Shown: positions 33,850 through 46,714, counted from the whole stretch's first letter. The stretch is 63,222 nt of DNA, filler included, from Octopus bimaculoides (GCF_001194135.2; 4 parts of 3 records of this genome joined end to end with filler, not necessarily neighbours in it), one strand, 5' to 3'. Made by a program: numbers and translations. Notes: generated from the letters alone by a model not told the origin.

Positions 33850-35300
33850 AGTTTGTGTCATTTAGACAGTTCCTTTTGTTGATTATATTGTTCTAGCTTG
33901 TTTATTAAGTCGACCAGAATTACATAGAACTGGTCGACTTGTTTTGCCAGTGAGATAGGAAAGTGTGAGGTGGTTTCGGAGGTATATCAGTCGGTGGCAG
34001 TCAACACCCCACGTCACACTGTTATGCAGGCGCAGTTGTAACTAACAACTGTAGCAGAAGAATCACTGGCAGCAACAATCGCAACAACAGCAACAGTAAC
34101 TGGAGCAACCGGATGTCAAACAGAATTCCATACATTCATCAGGGGGAGAGAAGAATTCATTGCACTGCCACTACTACTGTAGCAACAAACTGTAGTAGCA
34201 GTAATAAAACCGCCACCTCCACCAATTTACCAGTATTATGCTACGACCGGAGCAACAATAACAAAAGAAACAAAAGCTGCAGCAACTGTGAAAATCCAGA
34301 AGTGATTCTTCGCGGATTTCTACAACTTAATTCCACTGCACCAGTGTTTGTCAACCATTTTTTTTTTTTTTANNNNNNNNNNNNNNNNNNNNNNNNNNNN
34401 NNNNNNNNNNNNNNNNNNNNNNNNNNNNNNNNNNNNNNNNNNNNNNNNNNNNNNNNNNNNNNNNNNNNNNNNNNNNNNNNNNNNNNNNNNNNNNNNNNNN
34501 NNNNNNNNNNNNNNNNNNNNNNNNNNNNNNNNNNNNNNNNNNNNNNNNNNNNNNNNNNNNNNNNNNNNNNNNNNNNNNNNNNNNNNNNNNNNNNNNNNNN
34601 NNNNNNNNNNNNNNNNNNNNNNNNNNNNNNNNNNNNNNNNNNNNNNNNNNNNNNNNNNNNNNNNNNNNNNNNNNNNNNNNNNNNNNNNNNNNNNNNNNNN
34701 NNNNNNNNNNNNNNNNNNNNNNNNNNNNNNNNNNNNNNNNNNNNNNNNNNNNNNNNNNNNNNNNNNNNNNNNNNNNNNNNNNNNNNNNNNNNNNNNNNNN
34801 NNNNNNNNNNNNNNNNNNNNNNNNNNNNNNNNNNNNNNNNNNNNNNNNNNNNNNNNNNNNNNNNNNNNNNNNNNNNNNNNNNNNNNNNNNNNNNNNNNNN
34901 NNNNNNNNNNNNNNNNNNNNNNNNNNNNNNNNNNNNNNNNNNNNNNNNNNNNNNNNNNNNNNNNNNNNNNNNNNNNNNNNNNNNNNNNNNNNNNNNNNNN
35001 NNNNNNNNNNNNNNNNNNNNNNNNNNNNNNNNNNNNNNNNNNNATTGGTCAAACGTGTGGTTTTGGTGGAACCTACCTCGCTTTTTGGAGGTAAAACAAT
35101 TGCGAAAGCAAAACTGGGTTAGGATAAGGTCGGAGATTCTAATTCAGATGAAACCTGAAACATTGGACGGGATCCTCGCTCTAAGTGATATCCCATGATC
35201 TGAAACTGTAGGTGATACTGGTGGGTAGAAGACTTCGATGCTATAACTGGAAACACAGATCACCTCAAGGTTTTCTGCTCCTAACAAAAGCGACACCAGC

Positions 35301-35386
<86 letters not shown>

Positions 35387-37205
35387 AAACAAAAACAACA
35401 GAAAACGGCAGCCACTGCCAACACCAAAGATCAACAGCAACAGTATCAGTAACCACAACACAAACAGAAATAACAACAACAACAGCATGCAACCGCAGCA
35501 GTCACTACAAGACTGAAAACTGAACCTACAACAACCGCAACAACAACACTAACAGTGGAAGGTATAAAACAACAACGGAAACGCCGCCCTAAAGTGTCAC
35601 CACATCACAGACAACAACAGCAGCAACAAGGACAACAACAGCAATACCCAAATCCGAAACTATGAACAAAAATATCAACAGCAGAAGAAAACAACCAACC
35701 GCTCCCAAGGCAGTCGCCTCTCGTCTTGGGTCACTTAGATATATTGTGTAGGGAAGGAGATGGTGAAGACCTTAAACAACAGACAGTTACAAAATTCGAA
35801 GTCATATTGACGCACAGTAGCCATTGAAACCAACGACTTGCGGGCTGGAGCATTGTGCTGATGAAACAAGACTCCTTCATCAGTTTTGCTGGGCGTTTGG
35901 TCATGGTTGCCTTTCGTAACTGCCTCAGCAAGTTGGCTAACTAACAGAAGGAAAAGGAACAGATTAAAATTCACGCCAACAAACAAGATGAGAGTTACGA
36001 AACATTGGGGCGATGCATTTGAACTACGATGCACCAAGCACCAACACCAATAGGAATAGCAAGTTGAGCAGCGCTGTCAACACCGTCACCCAAACCACCA
36101 CCGCCGCCGCCGCTGCCATCTCCACCACCATTACCATAAACACTACAAACATAACAAATACTAGTGAAACCTCACGCACACCAACAGTCAGAATACACAC
36201 CCAATATGAACAAAGCAAGATCCATTAACTCCACGGCCATAAACACAAACAACAACAAAAAAAAAGAAAAGAGAAAATGAAACATCACACCAACATGACG
36301 CACAATAGCTACATTAGACTGACAAATAACACAGGAGCACACAAAAATGATCATAACATCGCAAAAGACATGCAGTAATAAAGAAAAATAGAAACAAGTA
36401 TCCCGACGGAGTTGGAAGTTTCCAAAGAAATATTTACATAAATCTTTAGAAAGAATAATTTTTCACTTCGCTCTTTTTGCCAAACATGGCCTTACTTACA
36501 AGTGGTAATGTGAATGCTCGTCACCTGGTGTTGCCTTGAAAACATGGCCACCTGCTCAACGGAGCCTGATAGATGTGGTTGTCACTAATAAGATAAGAGT
36601 TTCTGCCTCACGAATTTTTATGCCTGTCTTCGATGGTTTCAAGTCGAGATGTGTGATCGAGATGTGGAGATCTTGTACTGTTTCGAAAAGGTCTGGATAT
36701 TTCGAAACGGATCGTTTTGGTAAGTTGATTTTATTAGGCGTGTCCAGCAGTGAAGGCCGTAGCTTCAGACTAGTAACCGTCTACTCTCTAACAGCGATAA
36801 GGCAGCCGGGTTTCTTCCTGTGCTTAGAGGATTTCCTAAAAATATCTCGCTTTTTAGAGCTGATGGGTGACTGGAACACATGCGGGATACAGGGTTATAC
36901 TTTGTGGAGAAAGATGTTCGGGGAGGGGTACAATAGCCATGCAAATCCCTGACGCTTCAATCTGTCTGATAATTACCGACTGGTTGCCTGAAGGTGCCAA
37001 TGTGGACGCGCCAAGATTACAGGGACTAGATTAACGAATTTATTAAGCGGATACTGACAGGGACAATCATCAGCAACAAATGGTGGTTCGTCTTGAAAAA
37101 AGAGATTAGAGTAGATTGGATCAGATTTCGTAAGGGAGTGGTGGTAGAAAAAAAACTAGAATAGAGAAAGGCTTAGGTAGAAAGTTAGATAAGAAGTTTA
37201 GGAAA
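33850..37205 (+). mobile_element. Second, older L1/Tx1-like 5' half (ORF1 remnant, APE remnant, post-APE helical region; no RT)
   Basis: ORF1 remnant QMKPETLDGI...VGRRLRCYN/GNTDHLKVFC; APE remnant NVNARHL...FGKLILLGVSSSEGRSFRLVTVY...FFLCLEDFL...LMGDWN, colinear with 30301-30756; then KWWFVLKKEIRVDWIRFRK. 5' boundary uncertain. Confidence 0.75.
35740..35950 (-). mobile_element. Mariner catalytic-domain fragment nested in the LINE ORF1 remnant
   Basis: Minus strand ANLLRQLRKA..KRP.KL / GVLFHQHNAPARKSLVSMATVRQYDFEF matches the mariner LLHDNAP.H region. Confidence 0.8.
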
Positions 37206-37319
37206 TGAACCATAACCAACGTATTTGCGGCGGAATTGGCCATCACAAAAGACATTCGATGAGCTTATATTTACAGTGCGTTAAACACAGGAAAATGTCT
37301 TACACAGAGTTAATTTTCG

Positions 37320-37321
<2 letters not shown>

Positions 37322-37411
<90 letters not shown>

Positions 37412-37632
37412 TCTGTCTGTCTGTCTGTCTGTGTTTGTTTCCCCGCCATTTCTTGACAACCGGTGTTGGTGTGTTTACGCCCCCCGATCCTGGCTGTTCG
37501 GCAACAGAAATCGATATAATAATTACCAGACCAAAAAATAAGTCCAGGGTCGATTCATTTGACTAATAAATTCTTCAATGCGGTGCCCCAGCATGGCCGC
37601 AGCCTAATAACTGAAACAAGTAAAAGGTAAAA
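37322..37632 (+). mobile_element. (TG)n tract followed by SINE family A 3' tail module (37440-37632)
   Basis: Direct reading; cttgacaaccggtgttggtgtgtttacg...ccagcatggccgcagcc..taactgaaacaagtaaaag. Confidence 0.85.
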
Positions 37633-38097
37633 GACATATATAATAACAGGTGAATGGAATTTAAAAGTGCGACAGTTGCTTCTCTAGAAATCTTTATTTA
37701 ATGTAGTCATAATAGATTACATCATACTTTACGTGGATTTCCATGAGCATCAGGCGAAGTTCATATATTGGCCAGTCATTTTTGACTATGCTTCAATTCA
37801 TTTGATGAACCTGGAAATCTCTAATGTAAGATGTAACCTGTTATCTATCGAGACAATTGTCGCAAATTTAAACTCCATTCGTCTCTTGCTTATTATACTT
37901 GCACCACGCCATGTGTTCCAATGCCAATAGGATCGTTGATAAGTAGTTGGAATATGGAATTACCCAACACCGCTATCGAATTCTGTATAATTGATATCTA
38001 TGATGATGGCTTATTTCACTGTCTGCTCCGTGTGATTCTTTTTGACCATTCTACACGTTGGTATGCCTTGATTCTTGATGAATCCCTTTAACTGAAA

Positions 38098-38146
<49 letters not shown>

Positions 38147-38496
38147 NNNNNNNNNNNNNNNNNNNNNNNNNNNNNNNNNNNNNNNNNNNNNNNNNNNNNN
38201 NNNNNNNNNNNNNNNNNNNNNNNNNNNNNNNNNNNNNNNNNNNNNNNNNNNNNNNNNNNNNNNNNNNNNNNNNNNNNNNNNNNNNNNNNNNNNNNNNNNN
38301 NNNNNNNNNNNNNNNNNNNNNNNNNNNNNNNNNNNNNNNNNNNNNNNNNNNNNNNNNNNNNNNNNNNNNNNNNNNNNNNNNNNNNNNNNNNNNNNNNNNN
38401 NNNNNNNNNNNNNNNNNNNNNNNNNNNNNNNNNNNNNNNNNNNNNNNNNNNNNNNNNNNNNNNNNNNNNNNNNNNNNNNNNATATATATATATATG

Positions 38497-38530
<34 letters not shown>

Positions 38531-38560
38531 GAGTTAAACGCAGATGGCATTCAAATTCTT

Positions 38561-38655
38561 TTACTTCCGACACATGTTTCGAAGATATCACTGGTATTAT
38601 TCCAAAGGAATAAAATGGTATAAAATAATGAAATCTTCTCTTCAGTATAATGAAG
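38561..38655 (-). ncRNA. Type I hammerhead-ribozyme-like motif, core intact and stem I degenerate
   Basis: Minus strand: CUGAAGA (38645-38639), stem II GAAGAU/AUCUUC, GAAA (38580-38577), C-AUGU-GUC with the putative cut after 38569. Lies 3' of and co-oriented with the Penelope-like ORF. Confidence 0.6.
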
Positions 38656-38929
38656 AAATGAAACTCGCCAATAAAACATTTTAACAGAAAATGATGGATA
38701 TGTATAGTGATTAACTGAACGCTAATAAGTTTGTTTCGAAAAAAACGTTAGCTGATATAACGTTAAAGGTAGCCTATAGAAAGAGGAGGGAGAAAAAGAA
38801 AGAAGAAACCAAATAAATGAGAAGTACATAACTATATGTATATTAAATAAAAGATATATTTAGTGAATATGAAATGTAAGAAGAAATTTAATGTTTAAAT
38901 TATATATAATGATAGATATCACTTATATG

Positions 38930-39885
38930 AACTAAAAGTGTGTTTCTGTTAATGCTTACATCGTTAAACACACTCTATAACCATGTTTACAAGGGGATCT
39001 TTAGAAATAAGAATAAAAAATAGTTTAGAATTACAGAGAAGACAGACTTCCTTGCCTTTATCATAAGGTATCGAGATTGAGAGAATCAGCCAATCTAAAT
39101 TAAATTGTTTATTGTGGTCTTTTCGATACCAAATCAATTTACAAAGTCCTGTACTGTTACATTTATTCCTTTCCCTAAATGTAGAGTAATGATTAGCAAT
39201 TCTTCTAGATAACTAAGAAGATGTGCTTCCAACGGGAAAAAAATATTTCATTTTACACTGGTATATAGAATTTTTAATTTTAGAGTTACTTGACATAAAC
39301 TTGATTCTGTTGTAATTGACTTCAGATACAATAACCTTGTTATTAATATTTCTAGGGGGATGGGTGGTATTAGCTAAATTAATGTTAGTAGTAGTAAATG
39401 TATCAATATTTAATAGTTTAATATTTTGTGAAGAGATAATTTGTAAGATATTTTTTGTGTTAGAAAAACCAATCTTAACCGTGTGTGAGTTGATAATAGA
39501 GTAATACCTAGAATTCTTTGGAAAATTCCTAATAATAGCATCACGAAACTGCAAAGGCAAATTAGATTTAATTTGCCTCCCATAAGGAATAATTAACCAA
39601 ATTGTTTTACTATTAGTTACCTTATTTTTAGTGTAACTATCTTTGAAAGACAGATTTACCTTTACAACCAAAATAAGGGAATAAATAAGGGTTATCTCCC
39701 TTCCTCTGTTTGGTGTTGGCGTATAAATTAAAATTGATATCGTTTATATCCTTACAACTAGATATCATATCTCCATTAGTAAAGGTAAAATAAGACTGAA
39801 TGGAATTAATGTAGGTAACTTTCTCCGTATAACCTGCTTTAAGTAAGACAGAGTTATAAAATTCGGCCTTATCCTTGAAAATGTC
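38930..39885 (-). mobile_element. Penelope-like element: RT thumb/linker plus GIY-YIG endonuclease remnant
   Basis: EFYNSVLLKAGYTEKVTY; KTIWLIIPY...RNFPKNSRYYSIINSHTVKIGFSNTKNILQIISSQNIKLL; SIYQC...VGSTS..LSRRIANHYSTF...GLCKLIW; LLCNSKLFFI. Confidence 0.8.
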
Positions 39886-40135
39886 GACACACACACACAC
39901 ACACACACAAACACATATACACATACACGCACATGCACACACAGACACACACACACGNNNNNNNNNNATCGGCCCACAAAGGTACTTAGATATAAACTTT
40001 TAAAAAGTTCAAAATATAGTGAATAAGATGTTTTAATAACAAATATAAATAAAAAATGAAATATAAAAATGTAATTACACTTACACAAAATATAATCAAT
40101 GTGATTTTTGGCATTGTTTTCCTTTTATGATATTC

Positions 40136-41829
40136 TCAATATCTGCTTTTTGTGGTACTATTCTTTACTCTAAGAATGTTAGTTAAATGGCAATCACTCA
40201 GCTTATTTCTTTTAGCAGTTTTGATGTTTTCCATACTCGAAAAGAATTGTTCACAGCAGTATGTACTATTCCACGTGCACAATAGTTTTCTAGCTAAATT
40301 GGCAATTTGATAAAGTTCATTGAAAGAATGCAATTTCTTGTAAAAGTCAAGATAAATTTTCAAAGATTCTCTACTTTGATCTTCAATGAGTTCTAGCTGG
40401 TATTTGGCTGGTGCTTCCACATAAATAAATGAAAATGGATCACTCAACAATTTCAGTTCAGTTTCTATGTTTCTGGAGTTAGAAAATCTGGTTCTAGCAT
40501 CTAACAAAGCTTCACATAATTTAGTGTATTTTTCAAAGTTCACAGGAACTTCTTCTTGTCTTTCAGATAAATTCTGAAAATGTACAATTTCTCCACCCTT
40601 CAAGTGTATTATGTAAAGTTCTAATTTCTTAGGAAAGCTTGTTATTCGCTCAAACATTGAACAACATAACTGGTCTTTTCCTTGTAAATGCAAATTAAGC
40701 TCAGCTAACATTTCAGTGATATCTACTAAGAAGGACAGATCATTCAACCATTCTTCATTTGCTAAAAAGTCTGCCTTTTGCCTTTTGTTTTGTAGGAACT
40801 ATTTTATTTCAGGCAGCAATAATTGAAATCTATTCAAAGTTGTTGCTTGACTGCGCCATCTGACTTTTGAGAAATAAATAACATCTTCATATTCACTGTG
40901 AGGTATGCTTTGAATGTATGATGGTTCAAACCCTGAGATTTGATAAAATTAACAACGTTCACAATATCTGTCATCAACTGTTTCATATATAATTTTTGAG
41001 CACACAATTGCTGCTGATGATACAAGCAATGATAGCTAAGTATATCATGATCAACCGTTTCTTCGAATAAAGTAATAAACCCATTATTTTTAAAAGGTTA
41101 ATGCAGGAGCACCATCAGTTGTAATCGAATTTTATTTCTATCAACATTGAACTTTTCTGATGTTAAATTAACATGCTCAATTATGTCCCTGCCAGTTGTA
41201 TCCTTCATATGAAACATGTCCAACATTTCTTCAATGATATTAAAATTGACACCAATTCCTGTGATGAATATAACTAATTGTGCAGTGTCACTTTGATTAG
41301 TACTTTTGTCCAATGCTAAACTGTAATGAACACATTTCGATAATTGAGTCTGCAATGTACCCACAATACTGTCAGCTAAGTCATCAATTCTTCTACCAAT
41401 TTGTCTGATGTGACAGACTTGTTTCATTGAATAAGTTTACCTCCTTGGGACAATATTCATTAAAGCAATTACAATACATTCTTTTATTAATTCGCCATCT
41501 ATCAGTGGCTTACCCTTCTGAGTCAATTTTTCAGTTATTAAATAACTAACTTTTGTACATGCACTAGTTTTCTTGACATGTTTTTTTGAAATTGTCTTGT
41601 TGTGAACTAAGCTTCTTCTTCAATTCATCTCTTTTTCATTTTCCTTATTTCTCCAATTAATTCATTATATTGTGACTCATGTTTGGCAGCATAGTGATGC
41701 TTAATATTATGTTCCTTGCATACACCAATTTTATCATTATATATGTTTCAATTACGAAATATTTTTCTGTCCATAGGATATTGAATTTTCTCTTTTCTTT
41801 CTGTTACTTTTCTTAGTATCAGATACCAT
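40136..41829 (-). pseudogene. hAT transposase pseudogene
   Basis: NIKHHYAAKH (BED remnant); YSLALDKSTNQSDTAQLVIF; TDGAPA region; HQQQLCA; SKVRW; NDLSFLVDITEMLAELNLHLQGK; STYCCEQFFSSM..IK...RNKL. Several stops and frameshifts. Confidence 0.92.
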
Positions 41830-42126
41830 GACCAAATAATGGGCTATTAAAATTAACAACTAAAATTATTACGTAATCATGCTGATATTAATGTTCCAGA
41901 AATCAGAAACAAATAAAGAATAAGTAGGCTCTTCCGCATAAAGCATTAGCCTAGACTAGAAACACTGAAGTATCACTGAAGTCACTATCACTTGACATTG
42001 TAAACAAGATTAGGAAATAACACAATCAATATTGATCCGGCCACAAAAGATTTGAAACTGAAACAATGGCTGTTAATTATGCATCAGCAAAATGGCTGAC
42101 TCTACGACGTAGAGTCAACCATTCTA

Positions 42127-43470
42127 CAAAGACATGCAGGAAGTAAATAGACACCTTTAATTTTCAAAATTTCTGATCTAAGCATCTTAATATGTTTTCA
42201 GTGGTGTAGAATTTACAATGTAATTATTCTTTTTCATTCCCGGTGCCATTATATTAAACATCTGTAAAGAGTAACCCTGCCACTCACAAAGAATTCAGCA
42301 GAACTGTCAGATTTCCAAAGAAGTTGTATTGTTGGGCAGTTTGAGGCTGGTCTTAGCCAGTGAAAATTTGCCGAAATTCTTCAAATTCCTCTTGCTACTG
42401 TTAATAGAATTATAGTGCAATTCAAAAGCCAAGGAAAAGAATCAGATTTTCGTCCCGGCCGACCTGGTCCCTCGGACAGGAAGCTTCGCTGTTTGAAGAG
42501 AATTGTGGAAAACGAACCCCGTTCGAAGACTTCTGACATTGAAAAACAGCTAGAAGTTAGTCCAGGAACGTGTGTTACATATCTGCATAAGCTTGGGTAT
42601 TATGGACAAGCAGCTAGAAGAAAACCTCTCCTTCAACCAATTAATATCATGAAAAGAAAGACATGGGCTAAGGAGATGTCAGAAAAATCCAGTTCATTTT
42701 AGGATAGAGTGATTTTCTCAGATGAATCCAGATTTGCATTATTTTCAGACAGTGGACGTGTTTGGGTCTGGAGGCTTCCCAACCAAGATTTTGATTTGAA
42801 ACGACTCCAACCAACCGAGAAACATGGCAGTATCTCTGTAATGGTATGGAGAACTGTCACCAACAATGGTCGTTATAAGCTGATCGAATGTGTTGGAACC
42901 ATAAACTCTGAAAAATATATTGAAATACTTAAGCAAGGACTACTTCCGATGTATTCACACGATGACATAACAAAAATGAGTTTTTATTCATGGAAGATGG
43001 GGCTCCATGCCACACAGTGAAAAGAAATCAACAATGGCTGACTGAAAGTGGGATCAAAAAGCTTCCTTGGCCGAGCCAATCNNNNNNNNNNGGGCTCCAT
43101 GCCACACAGTGAAAAGGAATCAACAATGGCTGACTGAAAGTGGGATCAAAAAGCTTCCTTGGCCGAGCCAATCTCCTGACATGAACCCAACTGAAAATCT
43201 ATGGAGCATAATAGACAGAGCTGTACGAAAAACTCGACAGAAACGTAAATCTAAAGATGAATTGTTTCGATTGTTGCGTGAAAAGTGGGCAGAAATTCCA
43301 CAAGAGACAATGCCAAAAAGAGTTTCTGAATTAAAAACTGTAAAGGAAATGTCAACTAAATACTAAAGTATGTAGTCCTACCTGTCGATTACATTTCAAT
43401 TGTTCGCTTTGCGTATTAAATAAAAGATTTTGAAAATTAAAGGTGTCTATTTACTTCCTGCATGTCTGTG
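42127..43470 (+). mobile_element. Tc1-like element (DD34E) with TA TSD
   Basis: 44-bp TIRs with 1 mismatch (42127-42170 and 43427-43470); TA at 42125-42126 and 43471-43472. Transposase ARRKPLL...F*DRVIFSDESRF...VMVW...EDGAPCH...PWPSQSPDMNPTENLW, with 34 residues between the second D and the E. Stop at 42700-42702 and a frameshift near 42975. Confidence 0.95.
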
Positions 43471-43682
43471 TACGTCATAAATCCCATGACCTCCCTCATT
43501 TTACCTCCCTCTATTCAGGTTTCCATTGGTCCGTTCAAAATAGTACACTCCGAGAATAATTTTCTCATCATACATTATCAAAGTAAATGAAAATATGACT
43601 AGAAAATAACACATAGAATTAGAATTTGAATCGCCAGTAGGCTACATGAGAATATTAAGTGGCCGAGGGTTGGACATCCCTG

Positions 43683-43805
43683 TTTTAGTCGAATTAATCG
43701 ACCCATAATAGGTGTAGTTTATTCTGTCGGTTACTTTTGCCGAACCGTTATTCTACGGGGACATACACATAACAACACCGGTTGTCAGGTGCTCGTGGGG
43801 TACAA
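43683..43805 (-). mobile_element. SINE family A tail module, truncated at the hAT terminus
   Basis: Starts mid-module (ttttagtcgaattaatcgacc) directly after the hAT TIR. Confidence 0.7.
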
Positions 43806-44408
43806 ACACACGCACAAAAAGACACACACAAACACATAAGCACACACACATATACACAAACACACAAGCACACACACATATACATATATATATATATATA
43901 TATANNNNNNNNNNNNNNNNNNNNNNNNNNNNNNNNNNNNNNNNNNNNNNNNNNNNNNNNNNNNNNNNNNNNNNNNNNNNNNNNNNNNNNNNNNNNNNNN
44001 NNNNNNNNNNNNNNNNNNNNNNNNNNNNNNNNNNNNNNNNNNNNNNNNNNNNNNNNNNNNNNNNNNNNNNNNNNNNNNNNNNNNNNNNNNNNNNNNNNNN
44101 NNNNNNNNNNNNNNNNNNNNNNNNNNNNNNNNNNNNNNNNNNNNNNNNNNNNNNNNNNNNNNNNNNNNNNNNNNNNNNNNNNNNNNNNNNNNNNNNNNNN
44201 NNNNNNNNNNNNNNNNNNNNNNNNNNNNNNNNNNNNNNNNNNNNNNNNNNNNNNNNNNNNNNNNNNNNNNNNNNNNNNNNNNNNNNNNNNNNNNNNNNNN
44301 NNNNNNNNNNNNNNNNNNNNNNNNNNNNNNNNNNNNNNNNNNNNNNNNNNNNNNNNNNNNNNNNNNNNNNNNNNNNNNNNNNNNNNNNNNNNNNNNNNNN
44401 NNNNNNNN

Positions 44409-44449
<41 letters not shown>

Positions 44450-44504
44450 TACTTGCACTTATATATACATATGCACATTATATATAAATATACATACCTA
44501 TATT

Positions 44505-44676
44505 CTTTTATTCTCTTATTTGTTTCAGTCATTTGACTGCGGCCATGCTGGAGCACCGCCTTTAGTCGAACAAATCGACCCCAGGACTTACTCTTCGTAA
44601 GCCTAGTACTTAGCGAACCGCTAACTTACGGGGACATAAACACACCAAATCGGTTGTCAAGTGATGGTAGGGGGGT

Positions 44677-44711
<35 letters not shown>

Positions 44712-44880
44712 ATTATATATGTATACGACTGGCTTCTTTCAGTTTACGTCTACCAAATCCACTCACAAAGCTTTGGTTGACCCGAGACTATAGTAGAAGA
44801 CACTTGCCCAAGGTGCCACACAATGGGACTGAACCTAGAACCATGTCGCTGAGAAGCAAGCTTTTTACCATACATCCACT
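44505..44880 (-). mobile_element. Complete SINE family A: head, internal microsatellite, tail
   Basis: Tail 44505-44678, (CA)n/(TA)n 44679-44722, head 44722-44880 (cttgcccaaggtgccac...gggactgaacc...aagcaagct...tacca). Confidence 0.88.
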
Positions 44881-45252
44881 TATACACACACACACACACA
44901 CACTTACATATAACATATTTATATAATACCGATATATGATACGTATGTATAATAAATGAAAATATATATATATTATAACACATGAACTCATACATCTCTA
45001 TATATTATATATGTTCATAGACACTCACGTACACACTTTTATATATGCACCATTATATATCCTCATTGATGTATACTTGTGTGTGGGCGTGTTTGTGCAT
45101 AGAGATACATGGCTATAAAAAGAGGAATAAATGTATATACGAATATATATTTTTTTAATGCAAAATTCACAACTGTGTCTGCTTGTCTGTCTATCTGTCT
45201 CTCCGCCTGTATCATTTTCTCGATATTTCTATCTCTGACTCTGTCTGTCTGT

Positions 45253-45362
<110 letters not shown>

Positions 45363-46115
45363 NNNNNNNNNNNNNNNNNNNNNNNNNNNNNNNNNNNNNN
45401 NNNNNNNNNNNNNNNNNNNNNNNNNNNNNNNNNNNNNNNNNNNNNNNNNNNNNNNNNNNNNNNNNNNNNNNNNNNNNNNNNNNNNNNNNNNNNNNNNNNN
45501 NNNNNNNNNNNNNNNNNNNNNNNNNNNNNNNNNNNNNNNNNNNNNNNNNNNNNNNNNNNNNNNNNNNNNNNNNNNNNNNNNNNNNNNNNNNNNNNNNNNN
45601 NNNNNNNNNNNNNNNNNNNNNNNNNNNNNNNNNNNNNNNNNNNNNNNNNNNNNNNNNNNNNNNNNNNNNNNNNNNNNNNNNNNNNNNNNNNNNNNNNNNN
45701 NNNNNNNNNNNNNNNNNNNNNNNNNNNNNNNNNNNNNNNNNNNNNNNNNNNNNNNNNNNNNNNNNNNNNNNNNNNNNNNNNNNNNNNNNNNNNNNNNNNN
45801 NNNNNNNNNNNNNNNNNNNNNNNNNNNNNNNNNNNNNNNNNNNNNNNNNNNNNNNNNNNNNNNNNNNNNNNNNNNNNNNNNNNNNNNNNNNNNNNNNNNN
45901 NNNNNNNNNNNNNNNNNNNNNNNNNNNNNNNNNNNNNNNNNNNNNNNNNNNNNNNNNNNNNNNNNNNNNNNNNNNNNNNNNNNNNNNNNNNNNNNNNNNN
46001 NNNNNNNNNNNNNNNNNNNNNNNNNNNNNNNNNNNNNNNNNNNNNNNNNNNNNNNNNNNNNNNNNNNNNNNNNNNNNNTGTGTGTATGTGTGTGTGCATG
46101 TGTACGTGTACGTGT

Positions 46116-46169
<54 letters not shown>

Positions 46170-46369
46170 TTAATCCAAAAAGCTTCTTATTGTATATGAA
46201 AGACGGATGTTAATGCATATTGTTTTAGATTTTCCTTGAAATGTAGATTGTGCCGGTTAACTAGGATCGTTTTTATCTTCCAGCGGCTACAACGCAGTAA
46301 ACAATGCCTGTCTATCTGTCCGTCTGTCTGTCACACTATCTCTCTGTACACACTTTCTCTTACTCTCCT

Positions 46370-46413
<44 letters not shown>

Positions 46414-46579
46414 GCACACAATCCTACAAACACGTGCGCACGCACACTCACCTATATATGTATGTATATGTGCGTGTATATAGATATATATTATATGTCC
46501 TTATGTGTTTGTGTATATATATTATATATATATTATATATATATGTATATCTAGAGAGAGAGAGAGAGAAAGAGAGAGA

Positions 46580-46613
<34 letters not shown>

Positions 46614-46714
46614 TAATTGTATAGTGTACAATTATACTTAAGGGCACAATGGGAACTATCTGACCAGATATAACCAACGACTACATGAAAGATATTCAAC
46701 GAGTGGCTGTGATA

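Larger units (their letters stand above)
39968..43682 (-). mobile_element. hAT transposon (SPIN/GTF2IRD2-like), decayed, with a nested Tc1
   Basis: Terminal ggttggacatccctg (reverse complement cagggatgtccaacc) ends at 43682; ggccc/ggcca subterminal motifs at 39970 and 42037. The opposite TIR is lost in the gap at 39958-39967. Confidence 0.85.

Noticed and set aside
37650-38010. Unique-looking segment tested for exon or transposase content
   Set aside because: Stops in the frames examined and no recognisable motif.
42700-42702. TAG at a conserved Trp position of the Tc1 transposase, which A-to-I editing could recode to Trp
   Set aside because: A downstream frameshift near 42975 and a missing or disrupted N-terminus would still prevent an active protein.
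43000-43172. 82-bp tandem duplication inside the Tc1 transposase (43000-43081 and 43091-43172)
   Set aside because: The copies flank a 9-N gap and differ at one base, which is typical of an unmerged contig or haplotype overlap.
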